A stretch of 63,973 nucleotides of DNA, counting the filler, from an uncultured bacterium (GTDB lineage Bacteria > Latescibacterota > UBA2968): assembly GCA_964471275.1 (NCBI GenBank). It is 3 parts of 3 records of this genome, joined end to end, with 100 filler letters (N's around TTAATTAATTAA, not from the genome) between each part and the next. Parts side by side here need not be neighbours in the genome. Positions count along the whole stretch, not along the records: positions 1 to 23,884 come from CAYYGZ010000043.1; positions 23,985 to 47,841 come from CAYYGZ010000044.1; 1 more part is not named here. One strand, written 5' to 3'. This document shows positions 20,765 to 29,413 of this stretch, in pieces; positions within the stretch are counted from its first letter, which is position 1; the number at the start of each line of letters is the position of its first letter. Both the position numbers and the translations under genes were made by a program. A model generated the notes under the pieces. The model was not told where the DNA came from and searched no databases. It saw only the letters and a list, made by a program, of their open reading frames with translations.

Positions 20765-21349
20765 ATGAAACGCATAATCCTATTGATCGCGATTCTGTCG
20801 GTCGGCTGTGCGGGACCCAGAGCATTCACAAAGGGTACTTACGAAGACCCAAACGCGATCGCCCTGCTTGACGATCGTTTTAATGAGAATGATATGCAGT
20901 TGATTGCCAAGAAGATGGTCAACTCGCTCGTCGAGTCGGCGCCCATTCTGAGCACAGAAACACCCGCCGTGCTGGTTGGCAAGATGCGCAATCGGACGAC
21001 AGAGCACATTGATCTTAGGGCGCTGTCCGACAAGATCAGAACATCGCTCATTCATAGCGGAAAATTCAGGTTCGTCAACAGTCAGAACAGGAAGGACATC
21101 GCGCGGGAATACGAGTATCAGCGTTCCGGGTATGTGGACCCGACACAGGTAAATCATCCTGGCCGACAGACTGCCCCGGACTTTGTGCTCACGGGCACCC
21201 TGACCTCGAACCTGCAGGAAGTGGGGAGGGAGAAACTCGTCTACTACAAAGCAAACTTCCAGCTGACTCATCTGTCGTCATCGGAAATCGTCTGGACAGA
21301 CGAGAAGGAGATCCGAAAGGCATACAAGAAGAGAAGCGTCGGTATCTAG
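20765..21349 (+). CDS. lpoB: Penicillin-binding protein activator LpoB-family lipoprotein
   Basis: Lipobox SVGC; D…IA.KMV.SL, N.T.EHID, SGKFRFV, G.L…Y…L…EIVW.DEK.I.K. Confidence 0.8.
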   Translation: MKRIILLIAILSVGCAGPRAFTKGTYEDPNAIALLDDRFNENDMQLIAKKMVNSLVESAPILSTETPAVLVGKMRNRTTEHIDLRALSDKIRTSLIHSGKFRFVNSQNRKDIAREYEYQRSGYVDPTQVNHPGRQTAPDFVLTGTLTSNLQEVGREKLVYYKANFQLTHLSSSEIVWTDEKEIRKAYKKRSVGI

Positions 21350-21408
21350 CGGAAGGTCTGATCGAACACGAGCGCCAGCGTCGGCGGAAGGCTGACACGG
21401 AGGTATAC

Positions 21409-21957
21409 ATGAAACGCAAAATGGTTGGGATCATCGCGCTGATCGCGCTCATCGGTGCATCGGCGATGGCGCAAGACGTTGGGAGGACTGACGGGCTGGA
21501 GGACAGTGAGTGTGGAAAGGGTGGAAATCCGTTCGGGACAACTGTAGCCCGCCTCTACCTGAATGCTGCGTTCGGGTCGGGATTCTTCCAGGGTACGGGC
21601 CTATCGGATGATACGGGTTTTGTGTACGGACTCGATCTTGGATACGAGATGCACGATTGGATTGGCGTACAGGGAGGGTATACCTATCTGTCGGATCGTG
21701 ACCTGTCGATCTACAGCATCGGTACGAACTTCAGCTATCCCTGGAATCCGTTCATCTATAACGTCGGACTCGGTGCGGGACTCTACGCTCTAGACACCGG
21801 CGATCGCAGTTTTGGCATCTCGCCAAGTGCAGGTGTGGACATCATACTCGGCGAGAATGTCCGACTCGGTCTGAACTACAAACACGACTTTATCTTCACG
21901 GACACGGCGACCACCGACATTGATCGCGTCTACGCCGGCCTCAAATTCATGTTCTAG
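21409..21957 (+). CDS. Small outer-membrane beta-barrel protein
   Basis: Signal peptide AMA-Q, alternating aromatic/Gly beta strands, C-terminal Phe (YAGLKFMF). Confidence 0.8.
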   Translation: MKRKMVGIIALIALIGASAMAQDVGRTDGLEDSECGKGGNPFGTTVARLYLNAAFGSGFFQGTGLSDDTGFVYGLDLGYEMHDWIGVQGGYTYLSDRDLSIYSIGTNFSYPWNPFIYNVGLGAGLYALDTGDRSFGISPSAGVDIILGENVRLGLNYKHDFIFTDTATTDIDRVYAGLKFMF

Positions 21958-21972
21958 TGCCGGAAAGGCTAC

Positions 21973-22019
21973 CCAGAGAGAAGGGCGAGCACCGGTGACC
22001 CGGCACTCGCCCTTTCTGG
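21973..22019. terminator. Hairpin terminator between convergent genes
   Basis: AAGGGCGAG…CTCGCCCTT stem. Confidence 0.6.
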
Positions 22020-22035
22020 TTCGGGTGGAGGCTGG

Positions 22036-22926
22036 CTATGCCGGCACGATGACATCTAGTCCGCCTGATGACAGAGTGACCTCCAATGAGGCATCACCCA
22101 TCCTCGATTCCCCATCTACCTGGATGGGACCGGGTGCCTCTCGTTCAATCCGCAAACGGGTCACGCGGCACCTCGTCACGCCAGGCGTTTGATCAAACGT
22201 CCCGTTAAAGAGCCGATGCGCGTTCACCAGGGCACGTACGATTGTCATCTCCTCCACTATACAGACATCCAGCAACCCATCGTCAGGAAGGGCACCCGGT
22301 GCGATCTCTGCGCCATAGCCGAAGGCCGCGCTGTTCGCGAGCGTCAGCAGGGAAGGGCAGACGCAGAGGCAATCACTGTCCTCGTCGAGGAACAATCGAT
22401 ACGGTTGCGCCTTGTATGTAAGGACACACGCCAGACTCTGACGAACATACGGCCAGATCCCACGTCTACCGCTTCCGGTGTTGAAGCGTTTGCAGACTTC
22501 CGCATCAAGCCCGATGCCAGCAGTTGTCAGGAAGATCTCTTCCCCGAGATGTCCGACATCGATACTTCGTATTCGACCGGACAGGAGTTGTTCACACGCA
22601 GTTGACCTGTCGAGTGAATGACCGAGGCATCTTGCGAGTGCATTGCCGGAGCCGGCAGGAAGAATCCCCATAGGCACTCGCGACGCCACGAGAGCCCTAC
22701 CCACTTCGTTGATCGTACCATCGCCGCCAACGGCTACAACGGCATCATACCCGGACGCCACACCCTCCTCGGCAAGCTGTGTCGCGTGGCCAGCCCTGGC
22801 AGTTTCGCGAATCTCGCAGACCGCCCGACCACCAAGGGAAGATGAGATCATCCCGGCAAGATTCTCCGAGTGGTTACCAGCCTTGGGGTTCGTGACGAAC
22901 AGGAACCTGGGAGATTCTCCGAACAC
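22036..22926 (-). CDS. Diacylglycerol/lipid kinase family protein (YegS/BmrU)
   Basis: NPKAG, GGDGTINEV, P.GSGN, DDGLLDV, QVDGE. Confidence 0.93.
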   Translation of the reverse strand: MFGESPRFLFVTNPKAGNHSENLAGMISSSLGGRAVCEIRETARAGHATQLAEEGVASGYDAVVAVGGDGTINEVGRALVASRVPMGILPAGSGNALARCLGHSLDRSTACEQLLSGRIRSIDVGHLGEEIFLTTAGIGLDAEVCKRFNTGSGRRGIWPYVRQSLACVLTYKAQPYRLFLDEDSDCLCVCPSLLTLANSAAFGYGAEIAPGALPDDGLLDVCIVEEMTIVRALVNAHRLFNGTFDQTPGVTRCRVTRLRIEREAPGPIQVDGESRMGDASLEVTLSSGGLDVIVPA

Positions 22927-23525
22927 TAGCCCTCCAGGCGATCGTTCAGCAACTGACAGATATCGAGCAGGATCTTGTGAGGTGACTGCGAAACGTCGAC
23001 CATCTGGACGAGGTCCTTTGGGTAGTGTTCCAACGTTGCGTTTGTTTGCTCATCGTATACCTGGAATCGACGTCGGATGATCTCCTCGTTCGCGTCATCC
23101 ACCCGGTGCTCGATAAGAGCACGACCATATAGTCGTTTCACCAGTAGATCTCTGTCCGGGCAGTCGAGGAACAGGATTAGACGGATATCCAGATCCTCTT
23201 CCACGTCACGTGCCTGGGCCGGCGTTCGTGGAACACCGTCGAGAACAAGTGTGTGCACTTCCGGATTGAAGTTCCCGACAGTCACGAGATTCCTCATCTG
23301 GTCTCGCCAGAGAGTCAGGGCCTGCTGATCGGGAACCAATTCACCCCTTCGAATGCTGTTCAACGTCATCTTACCGAGATCACTGTCTGGAGACAGAGAC
23401 CGGAACATATCACCGCTCGCGAAGTGCAGCAGACCGGGAACCTTCCCCAGTATGCTGCCCCACGTTCCCTTTCCTGCCCCGGGTGGACCGAAAATAAGAA
23501 CCGTCTTGAACACCGGCATCTTCAT
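22926..23525 (-). CDS. adk: Adenylate kinase family nucleoside monophosphate kinase (short-LID type)
   Basis: GPPGAGKGT P-loop, SGDMFR, GELVPD, LDGVPRT..QA, R.DD. Confidence 0.85.
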   Translation of the reverse strand: MKMPVFKTVLIFGPPGAGKGTWGSILGKVPGLLHFASGDMFRSLSPDSDLGKMTLNSIRRGELVPDQQALTLWRDQMRNLVTVGNFNPEVHTLVLDGVPRTPAQARDVEEDLDIRLILFLDCPDRDLLVKRLYGRALIEHRVDDANEEIIRRRFQVYDEQTNATLEHYPKDLVQMVDVSQSPHKILLDICQLLNDRLEG

Positions 23526-23636
23526 GCAGCCTCCAATCATGCACTCGTTGCGGGACCAGAACGGGCCCCGAGAACACTCGGGGCCCTGTGCAGGGTCGCC
23601 AAACTAAACAGTTATCCATGAGGTGTCAACGCACGG

Positions 23637-23674
23637 AAAAAGAAAGGCCGTCCGATCGCGATCGGACGGCCTCT
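23637..23674 (-). terminator. Intrinsic terminator downstream of the fliM-like gene
   Basis: AGGCCGTCCGATC-gc-GATCGGACGGCCT stem with a U-rich tail on the minus strand. Confidence 0.75.
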
Positions 23675-23694
23675 AAAACTTCGATGATTGCACT

Positions 23695-23884
23695 CTAGAG
23701 CTGTTGGGTTTCTGTCTTTTCGACCTCGGTCATGTACTGCGATTCGTCTGCTTTCACGATTCGGTCGGTCAACTGAACGGCACGACGCTTCCCATTCAGT
23801 CCGGGTCGTGCCAGATACTTGGGCCGATCACCCACATAAACCACCGCGTCTTCGTTGAGCGTCGTATCGAGTTTCAGGACATCA
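23695..23884 (-). CDS. fliM: 3' fragment of a flagellar switch protein FliM-like (SpoA domain); truncated by contig end and absent from the ORF track
   Basis: Manual translation DVLKLDTTLNEDAVVYVGDRPKYLARPGLNGKRRAVQLT…QQL* fits the FliM C-terminal SpoA pattern. Confidence 0.7.
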
Positions 23885-23984
23885 NNNNNNNNNNNNNNNN
23901 NNNNNNNNNNNNNNNNNNNNNNNNNNNNTTAATTAATTAANNNNNNNNNNNNNNNNNNNNNNNNNNNNNNNNNNNNNNNNNNNN
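23885..23984. other. Artificial contig-join spacer
   Basis: N44-TTAATTAATTAA-N44 (stops in all frames); genes on both sides are truncated. Confidence 0.97.
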
Positions 23985-25200
23985 CCGAGCCCTGGCCGTT
24001 GGTGCGACCATCGCCAAAGGGTACCAGATAGGCATTGGGTGGTACACACATCATTCTCCAATGGCCGTGATTCTGGAAGAATGGCTTCTTGTAGAAGTCT
24101 ACACCTGATGCCTCCCTGAGCCCATAAACGAAGTGATAGAAGAGATAGCAGTAGGCCGTTGAATAGGACACACCCTGAGCCCAGCCGCCATCTTTGCCGC
24201 CCCACCAGGGGAACATGGCAATTGTTGTATCGAGGATGTAGTCCAGCCAGGGTTCGATTTCGGGACATTCGCCTGCGAGGACGATGCAGATTTCTCCAAG
24301 GAAACCAAGCAGACGACCAGAGTGATTGTCGTATCCGATGACACCGTAGTCGGCTCGTTTAAATCTTTCCATCGTCATACGTCCGCGGCCGAGAAATTGT
24401 CTCTGGATTGTCGCCTTTTCTTCATCGGTCAGTAAGCCGTGAACCCAGTCGTAAGCTCGAGAACCGAGGTTCATAACGGACATATGTGCTTCGTTGTTGT
24501 GGAACGTGGAGGTGGATCCTTCCGGGTCCCAGGATGAGAATTCGAGCAGACGGTCGATAGCGGCTCTGCCAAATGCCTCATCGCCTTCGATCAGGTAGAC
24601 CAGTGCAAAGAGTTGTGCATCCTGGCCCATCTGGCGAGACCCGTTCATCGCGTCTTTCCAGATCCGGCCCCATTCGTCGTGCTGCCTGTGTCGATCAGGA
24701 AGAAACCGAGGCTCGGTCATCAGGAAGTTTTCGTCCAGCCTGGATGCTGCTTTCTCGTACAGGCATCCCCATTCCTCACGCAACGCCCCGTGGTGACACT
24801 CGGATCTGAAGCCAGACAGTCGTTTCTCGGGAAGCATATGCCTCGGACGACCCTCGATCCGGGATACCAAATCCTTCCCGGAAGGGGTGTGCATCTCCGC
24901 CGTCTCCGAGGACACCTGGAACGTGAAGACCTCACTCCAAACGTCATCCTGATTGCACCCTAGCGCTCTCCATCGCCACGTATATGTTCCACGTTCCAGT
25001 GCAACAGGCAGTATGAACAGACTCCTGCCTGCGATCTCATAGGTGAACGTGTTCTCGTCTGTCCCCGAAATCTCGAGTTCATACGACAACGCACCTTCGA
25101 TCGGTCGCCACACAAAACCTGGCGGATTGAAATCCGCGTGACTAGCGTTCTGCGGCCTTCGGACATCGATGAGTGGACTCGGTGACCTGTGACTCTCCAT
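23985..25200 (-). CDS. DUF4962 / heparinase II-III-like polysaccharide lyase (3'-truncated by contig end)
   Basis: N-terminal NPPGFVW, helical region with YDW and NH, DGGWAQGVSY…Y, PFGD. Confidence 0.75.
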
Positions 25201-25297
25201 CGCTGACTCTCCCTACCCGTTACTGCGGTTTACGAAGCGCCAAGATAGTCTTTTGCCCATATCCGGGCAAGCAAGGCAGAGCCTAGCGGGCCCCGGC

Positions 25298-25326
25298 TTG
25301 ACAATCGAGATCGTTTCGCTTATCAA
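25298..25326 (+). promoter_or_regulatory. Putative sigma70 promoter for the sugar-binding protein gene
   Basis: TTGACA-N17-TATCAA. Confidence 0.5.
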
Positions 25327-25387
25327 CATAAAATTCAGAGAGTTACGAATCGTTCATATGCGAGAGACAAGCCGTTTGGGGGAGAGA

Positions 25388-26713
25388 ATGCAGAAGCTGA
25401 CACGTCTTGCGATGGCCGCCTGCCTCACCATACTCCTACCCACGTGTGCCAGAGACGAGTCTGCACGGGACGAGAAGGCAATCACCATCTGGTGGGCGCA
25501 GTGGGATCCGGCAGATGGGCTTCAGGAACTTGGAGATCAGTTCACCCGCGAGACGGGCATAGCCGTGAAGGTTCACCAGATCCCTTGGGGCTCCTTCCAG
25601 GACCAGGTGTTCCTAAACTTCGGAAATCGACGAACCGATTTCGACATCGTGATCGGCGACAGCCAGTGGATCGGCCGCGGAGCAACGAAGGGCCTGTATG
25701 TGGACCTGACGAACTGGCTCCCAACTGCAGTGGACATAGACACGATTCATCCACGGGCCGCACGCTACCTGTGCGAGTATCCGCCGGGCTCAGGAAGATT
25801 CTACGCCGCCCCGTGTGAAACCGATGCCATCGGGTTCGCGTATCGCAGGGATTGGTTCGAGGACCCTGATGAACAAGCAGCCTTCAGGACCCAATACGGT
25901 CGTGGGCTAGCAGTCCCGAACACCTGGGAGGAATTCAGGGAAATCGCAGAATTCTTCCAGCGCCCCGACACCAAGCGATATGGTGCATCACTCCTGACCG
26001 GCAGAGGATACGATTCCCTGACGATGGGATTCCAGATGTTTCTCTGGGCCTTCGGTGGATCCTGGGGTGACCCCGACAGCTACCGCGTAGAAGGGGTCCT
26101 TAACACACCAGAGGCTGCAGAAGGTCTTGCGTTCTACAAATCCCTGACCCAGTATGGTCCGCCAGATGCGACCAACTTCGATTACTCGAAAACCCTCGAA
26201 ACGCTCACAAACGGGTCGACCGCGATGGCAATGAACTATTTCGCCTTCTTTCCCGGAATCGTGAGACAGATGGGAGACAAGGTCGGCTTCTTCAAGATCC
26301 CCGGCCACGGTAGCCGAAGGGTCGTAAGTCTTGGCGGGCAGGGCTTCAGCATCTCGGCCAAGACTACACCGGAAAAACAGGAACTTGCGCGTCAGTTCAT
26401 CGCCTGGTTCCTGCAGAAGAACATCCAGGAGTCGTGGATCACCAAAGACGCCGGGTTCACAGCAAACACAGATATCCTGAGAAGCGAAACCTTTAGAACT
26501 GCGTCACCCTACAATCACGTCTTCGCGGAGTCACTCGACCTGCTACAGGATTTCTGGAATGTACCGGTCTTCAACGAACTGCTTTCCGCTTCACAGCAAC
26601 ACATTGGGGAGGCCCTCGACGGCGTCGTTTCTCCCGAAGCTGCTCTGGACGCGCTTGCAAAAGCCCATCAAAGAATCATGGTTGAGGAGGGGCTGGCCGC
26701 AGAGGGTAGCTAA
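25388..26713 (+). CDS. Sugar ABC transporter substrate-binding lipoprotein (family 1)
   Basis: Signal with Cys (LLPTC), F..ETGI.V, YRRD.F, P.TWEE, LGG.G..I, C-terminal PE.AL; no permease genes adjacent. Confidence 0.88.
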   Translation: MQKLTRLAMAACLTILLPTCARDESARDEKAITIWWAQWDPADGLQELGDQFTRETGIAVKVHQIPWGSFQDQVFLNFGNRRTDFDIVIGDSQWIGRGATKGLYVDLTNWLPTAVDIDTIHPRAARYLCEYPPGSGRFYAAPCETDAIGFAYRRDWFEDPDEQAAFRTQYGRGLAVPNTWEEFREIAEFFQRPDTKRYGASLLTGRGYDSLTMGFQMFLWAFGGSWGDPDSYRVEGVLNTPEAAEGLAFYKSLTQYGPPDATNFDYSKTLETLTNGSTAMAMNYFAFFPGIVRQMGDKVGFFKIPGHGSRRVVSLGGQGFSISAKTTPEKQELARQFIAWFLQKNIQESWITKDAGFTANTDILRSETFRTASPYNHVFAESLDLLQDFWNVPVFNELLSASQQHIGEALDGVVSPEAALDALAKAHQRIMVEEGLAAEGS

Positions 26714-26780
26714 GCCACGTAGAGAGCCTGGCGGGGGCCATTTTCGTGTTCAGTCACATTCGCTAGGACTCGGCCACCGA

Positions 26781-27572
26781 TCACGCCTCCGTGGGTGTCC
26801 CTGCATTTACTCCGAGCTCACGGCGGTAGGCTTCAAAAGAATACAGATCATCAGACATCACATTCCCAACGTTCACATCGACACCGAACCGGTCTACAAG
26901 CTCTCTCCGCATCTTGTGTATTACGAACTCGGTGACACCTGCGATCCACGGTCCCGGAAGCTCGAACATCACATTATTCAAACCGACGGTAGACACGGTC
27001 TCTTCAACCTCACGCTCGGTTTCTGCGTCTGCGTTCACAAGCTCGGCTGCCTCGAGCAGGATTATCTTCGCCCCGGCGCCGAGACAGGCCTTCGCGTCTT
27101 CAACAAAGCTCGGACCGTGTGCCAGCCCTTCCTTCTTACCGACCTCGCCAAACACATCCATGTCGTAGTTTTCCACCGCATCCCTGATGACGCGGACCTT
27201 CCATTCCAACTCGACGGACGCGACATTGTCCGAGACTTCGATCCAGCGGTACCCTGCTGCCTCGCAGGCGGGCAAATACAGATCAAGCTTGTTGTGCATC
27301 ACTGCATACTCGAGATATTGCCCTCCGGGAAAGGGCTCAATATCGAGTGCTCTGTAGCTCTGGATCTTCTGCCTCAGAACATCATCTGTATACATCCGGG
27401 ACAGTCCGACCGCAATTTTGGCGAAATCGAAATAGGGAGCCGACGTAATCATCAAATCCTGCTGTCGATTCGGACCAATACCCCAGTCGACGACCATCGT
27501 CAATCCGATCTTGCGGGGTTTCTCGCTACGAGGTCTGCCGTCAAGCCCCTCGAAAATGTGTGACTCTACCAT
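26781..27572 (-). CDS. comA: Phosphosulfolactate synthase (ComA) family protein
   Basis: R..KPR..GLTMVVD.G, D..K…G, PGG..LE, IEVSD, EVGKK, FE.P, FG..VN.GN, E..R..LG; GGAGGA RBS. Confidence 0.85.
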   Translation of the reverse strand: MVESHIFEGLDGRPRSEKPRKIGLTMVVDWGIGPNRQQDLMITSAPYFDFAKIAVGLSRMYTDDVLRQKIQSYRALDIEPFPGGQYLEYAVMHNKLDLYLPACEAAGYRWIEVSDNVASVELEWKVRVIRDAVENYDMDVFGEVGKKEGLAHGPSFVEDAKACLGAGAKIILLEAAELVNADAETEREVEETVSTVGLNNVMFELPGPWIAGVTEFVIHKMRRELVDRFGVDVNVGNVMSDDLYSFEAYRRELGVNAGTPTEA

Positions 27573-27704
27573 GAGTTCCTCCAAACAGACGAACGACGCC
27601 TAGACGTGACCAAACTTGAGCGACGAATATATGGGGAGGATCGGACACGGTAAAGCGACCGGATTCATGTGGGCCACCTCACAACGTTGGTCTATCTTAG
27701 GCGA

Positions 27705-28589
27705 GTGAAACCGACGATTCCGGATAATCTCAGAGGTGCATTCGACTACTGCGCACGAGTTACTCACGGTCACTACGAGAACTTCCCTGTGGCATCGTGG
27801 CTCCTCCCTCATCGCATCCGACCCTACGTATACAGTATCTACGCCTTCGCGAGGGCAGCCGACGACTTCGCGGACGAACCGGGGCTGGAGCCCGATGAAC
27901 GGCTGGCGAAACTGGACGAGTGGGATCAGCGGCTGGCGAACTGCATCGAGAAACCCGAGGGCCCCGTCTTCGAGGCCTTGGGAGAGACTATAAGAGTGTA
28001 CGAGATCCCCCATTCTCTCTTTGAGGATCTCCTCGCCGCTTTCCGGCAGGACGTCAGGCAGTCACGTCACCAAACTTTCGATGATCTCCTCGCTTACTCA
28101 AGCCTGTCAGCCAATCCGGTAGGTCGACTCGTGCTGACCTTATTCGGTCAGACGGATCTCGACCTTTTCGCACAGTCTNNNNNNNNNNCTGACGCGATCT
28201 GCACGGGTCTCCAACTCACCAACTTCTGGCAGGACATCGCCGTGGACTACGCACGCGACCGGGTCTACCTGCCGCAGGCAGAGATGGCAAGTCACGGTGT
28301 AGATGAACAGGATCTCGCGGCAAAGTCCGTATCACCGGCCCTCCGATCACTCCTCAAAGACCTGATCGGTCGCACACGTGACCTGTTTGTCGCAGGGAGT
28401 CCGCTTCTGGAGTGTGTCACGGGCAGGTTGCGATACGAGCTTCGACTGACCTGGCTTGGGGGATCCCGTATCCTCGACGAGATCGAACGTGTGGACTACG
28501 ATGTGCTCAATCATCGCCCAACGCTGACACGCTGGATGGGTCTTCGTCTGCTTGCGCGATCGCTGCATTCCGTTCGAGTGCACGAGTGA
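27705..28589 (+). CDS. hpnC: Squalene synthase HpnC (10-N gap at 28179-28188)
   Basis: HYENFPVAS, YAFARAADDFADE, SANPVGRLVL, SDAICTGLQLTNFWQD, R.YLP. Confidence 0.93.
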   Translation: MKPTIPDNLRGAFDYCARVTHGHYENFPVASWLLPHRIRPYVYSIYAFARAADDFADEPGLEPDERLAKLDEWDQRLANCIEKPEGPVFEALGETIRVYEIPHSLFEDLLAAFRQDVRQSRHQTFDDLLAYSSLSANPVGRLVLTLFGQTDLDLFAQSXXXXDAICTGLQLTNFWQDIAVDYARDRVYLPQAEMASHGVDEQDLAAKSVSPALRSLLKDLIGRTRDLFVAGSPLLECVTGRLRYELRLTWLGGSRILDEIERVDYDVLNHRPTLTRWMGLRLLARSLHSVRVHE

Positions 28590-29413
28590 TAAACCCGATC
28601 GCAAAAATCGTCCGCCGGGCCCGCTCAAACTTCTTCTGGTCCTTCGTATTCCTCGACATTACCAAGCGAGATGCCATCTTCGCAGTCTATGCGTTTGCCA
28701 GACACACGGACGACATCGTCGACGATGCACCTTCCAGGGCGGAGGCACGTGAGCGTCTGGCCGCGTGGCGAGCTGATCTGGCTGCGTGCTACCGGGGTGA
28801 GCCCCAGTCAGACATCACGGCCGCTCTGCTTCCCGTTGCAAGGGACTACAACCTGCCGCAGGCCTATTTCGACGATCTGATCAATGGTGTCGAGATGGAC
28901 CTGACCAAAACCCGGTACGCCACGTTCGAAGAGCTGGAAACCTACTGCTATCGCGTCGCCTCCGTCGTTGGGCTGATATGCATCGAGATCTTCGGCTACT
29001 CCGACCCAAGGACAAAGGAATATGCGATCAGCCTGGGCATGGCCTTGCAGTTGACGAATATACTTCGCGATGTCGGTGAGGACGCAGACAAAGATCGAAT
29101 CTACCTGCCGCAGGATGAGTTGGGTCGGTATGGATGTGATGAAGAGGGCATCCTGATGGCCAGATATGACAGCGCCTTCCAGGAAATGATGGCCTTCCAG
29201 TGTGAGCGTGCTCGATCCTACTACAACAAAGCAGCGGCTGTTCTGAGCGAGTCGGATCAGAAACAGATGTTCCCCGCAGAGACCATGGGTCGCATCTACT
29301 ACGCGATTCTCAGGAAAATCGAGCAGCGACGCTACGACGTATTCCGCGAGCGTGTGACGATCTCGACGGTATGGAAGATTGGGATTGCCGCAAGAAACTG
29401 GCTCTTCCGATGA
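28586..29413 (+). CDS. hpnD: Presqualene diphosphate synthase HpnD
   Basis: SNF, YAF.R..DDIVD, YCYRVASVVG, LG.ALQLTNILRDVGED, RIYLP; GTGA overlap with hpnC. Confidence 0.92.
   Translation: MINPIAKIVRRARSNFFWSFVFLDITKRDAIFAVYAFARHTDDIVDDAPSRAEARERLAAWRADLAACYRGEPQSDITAALLPVARDYNLPQAYFDDLINGVEMDLTKTRYATFEELETYCYRVASVVGLICIEIFGYSDPRTKEYAISLGMALQLTNILRDVGEDADKDRIYLPQDELGRYGCDEEGILMARYDSAFQEMMAFQCERARSYYNKAAAVLSESDQKQMFPAETMGRIYYAILRKIEQRRYDVFRERVTISTVWKIGIAARNWLFR

Noticed and set aside
23885..23984. TTAATTAATTAA palindrome (also at 47886-47897) as a biological site, and gene linkages across it
   Set aside because: An identical N44-linker-N44 structure occurs twice with truncated genes on each side, so it is an artificial concatenation spacer.
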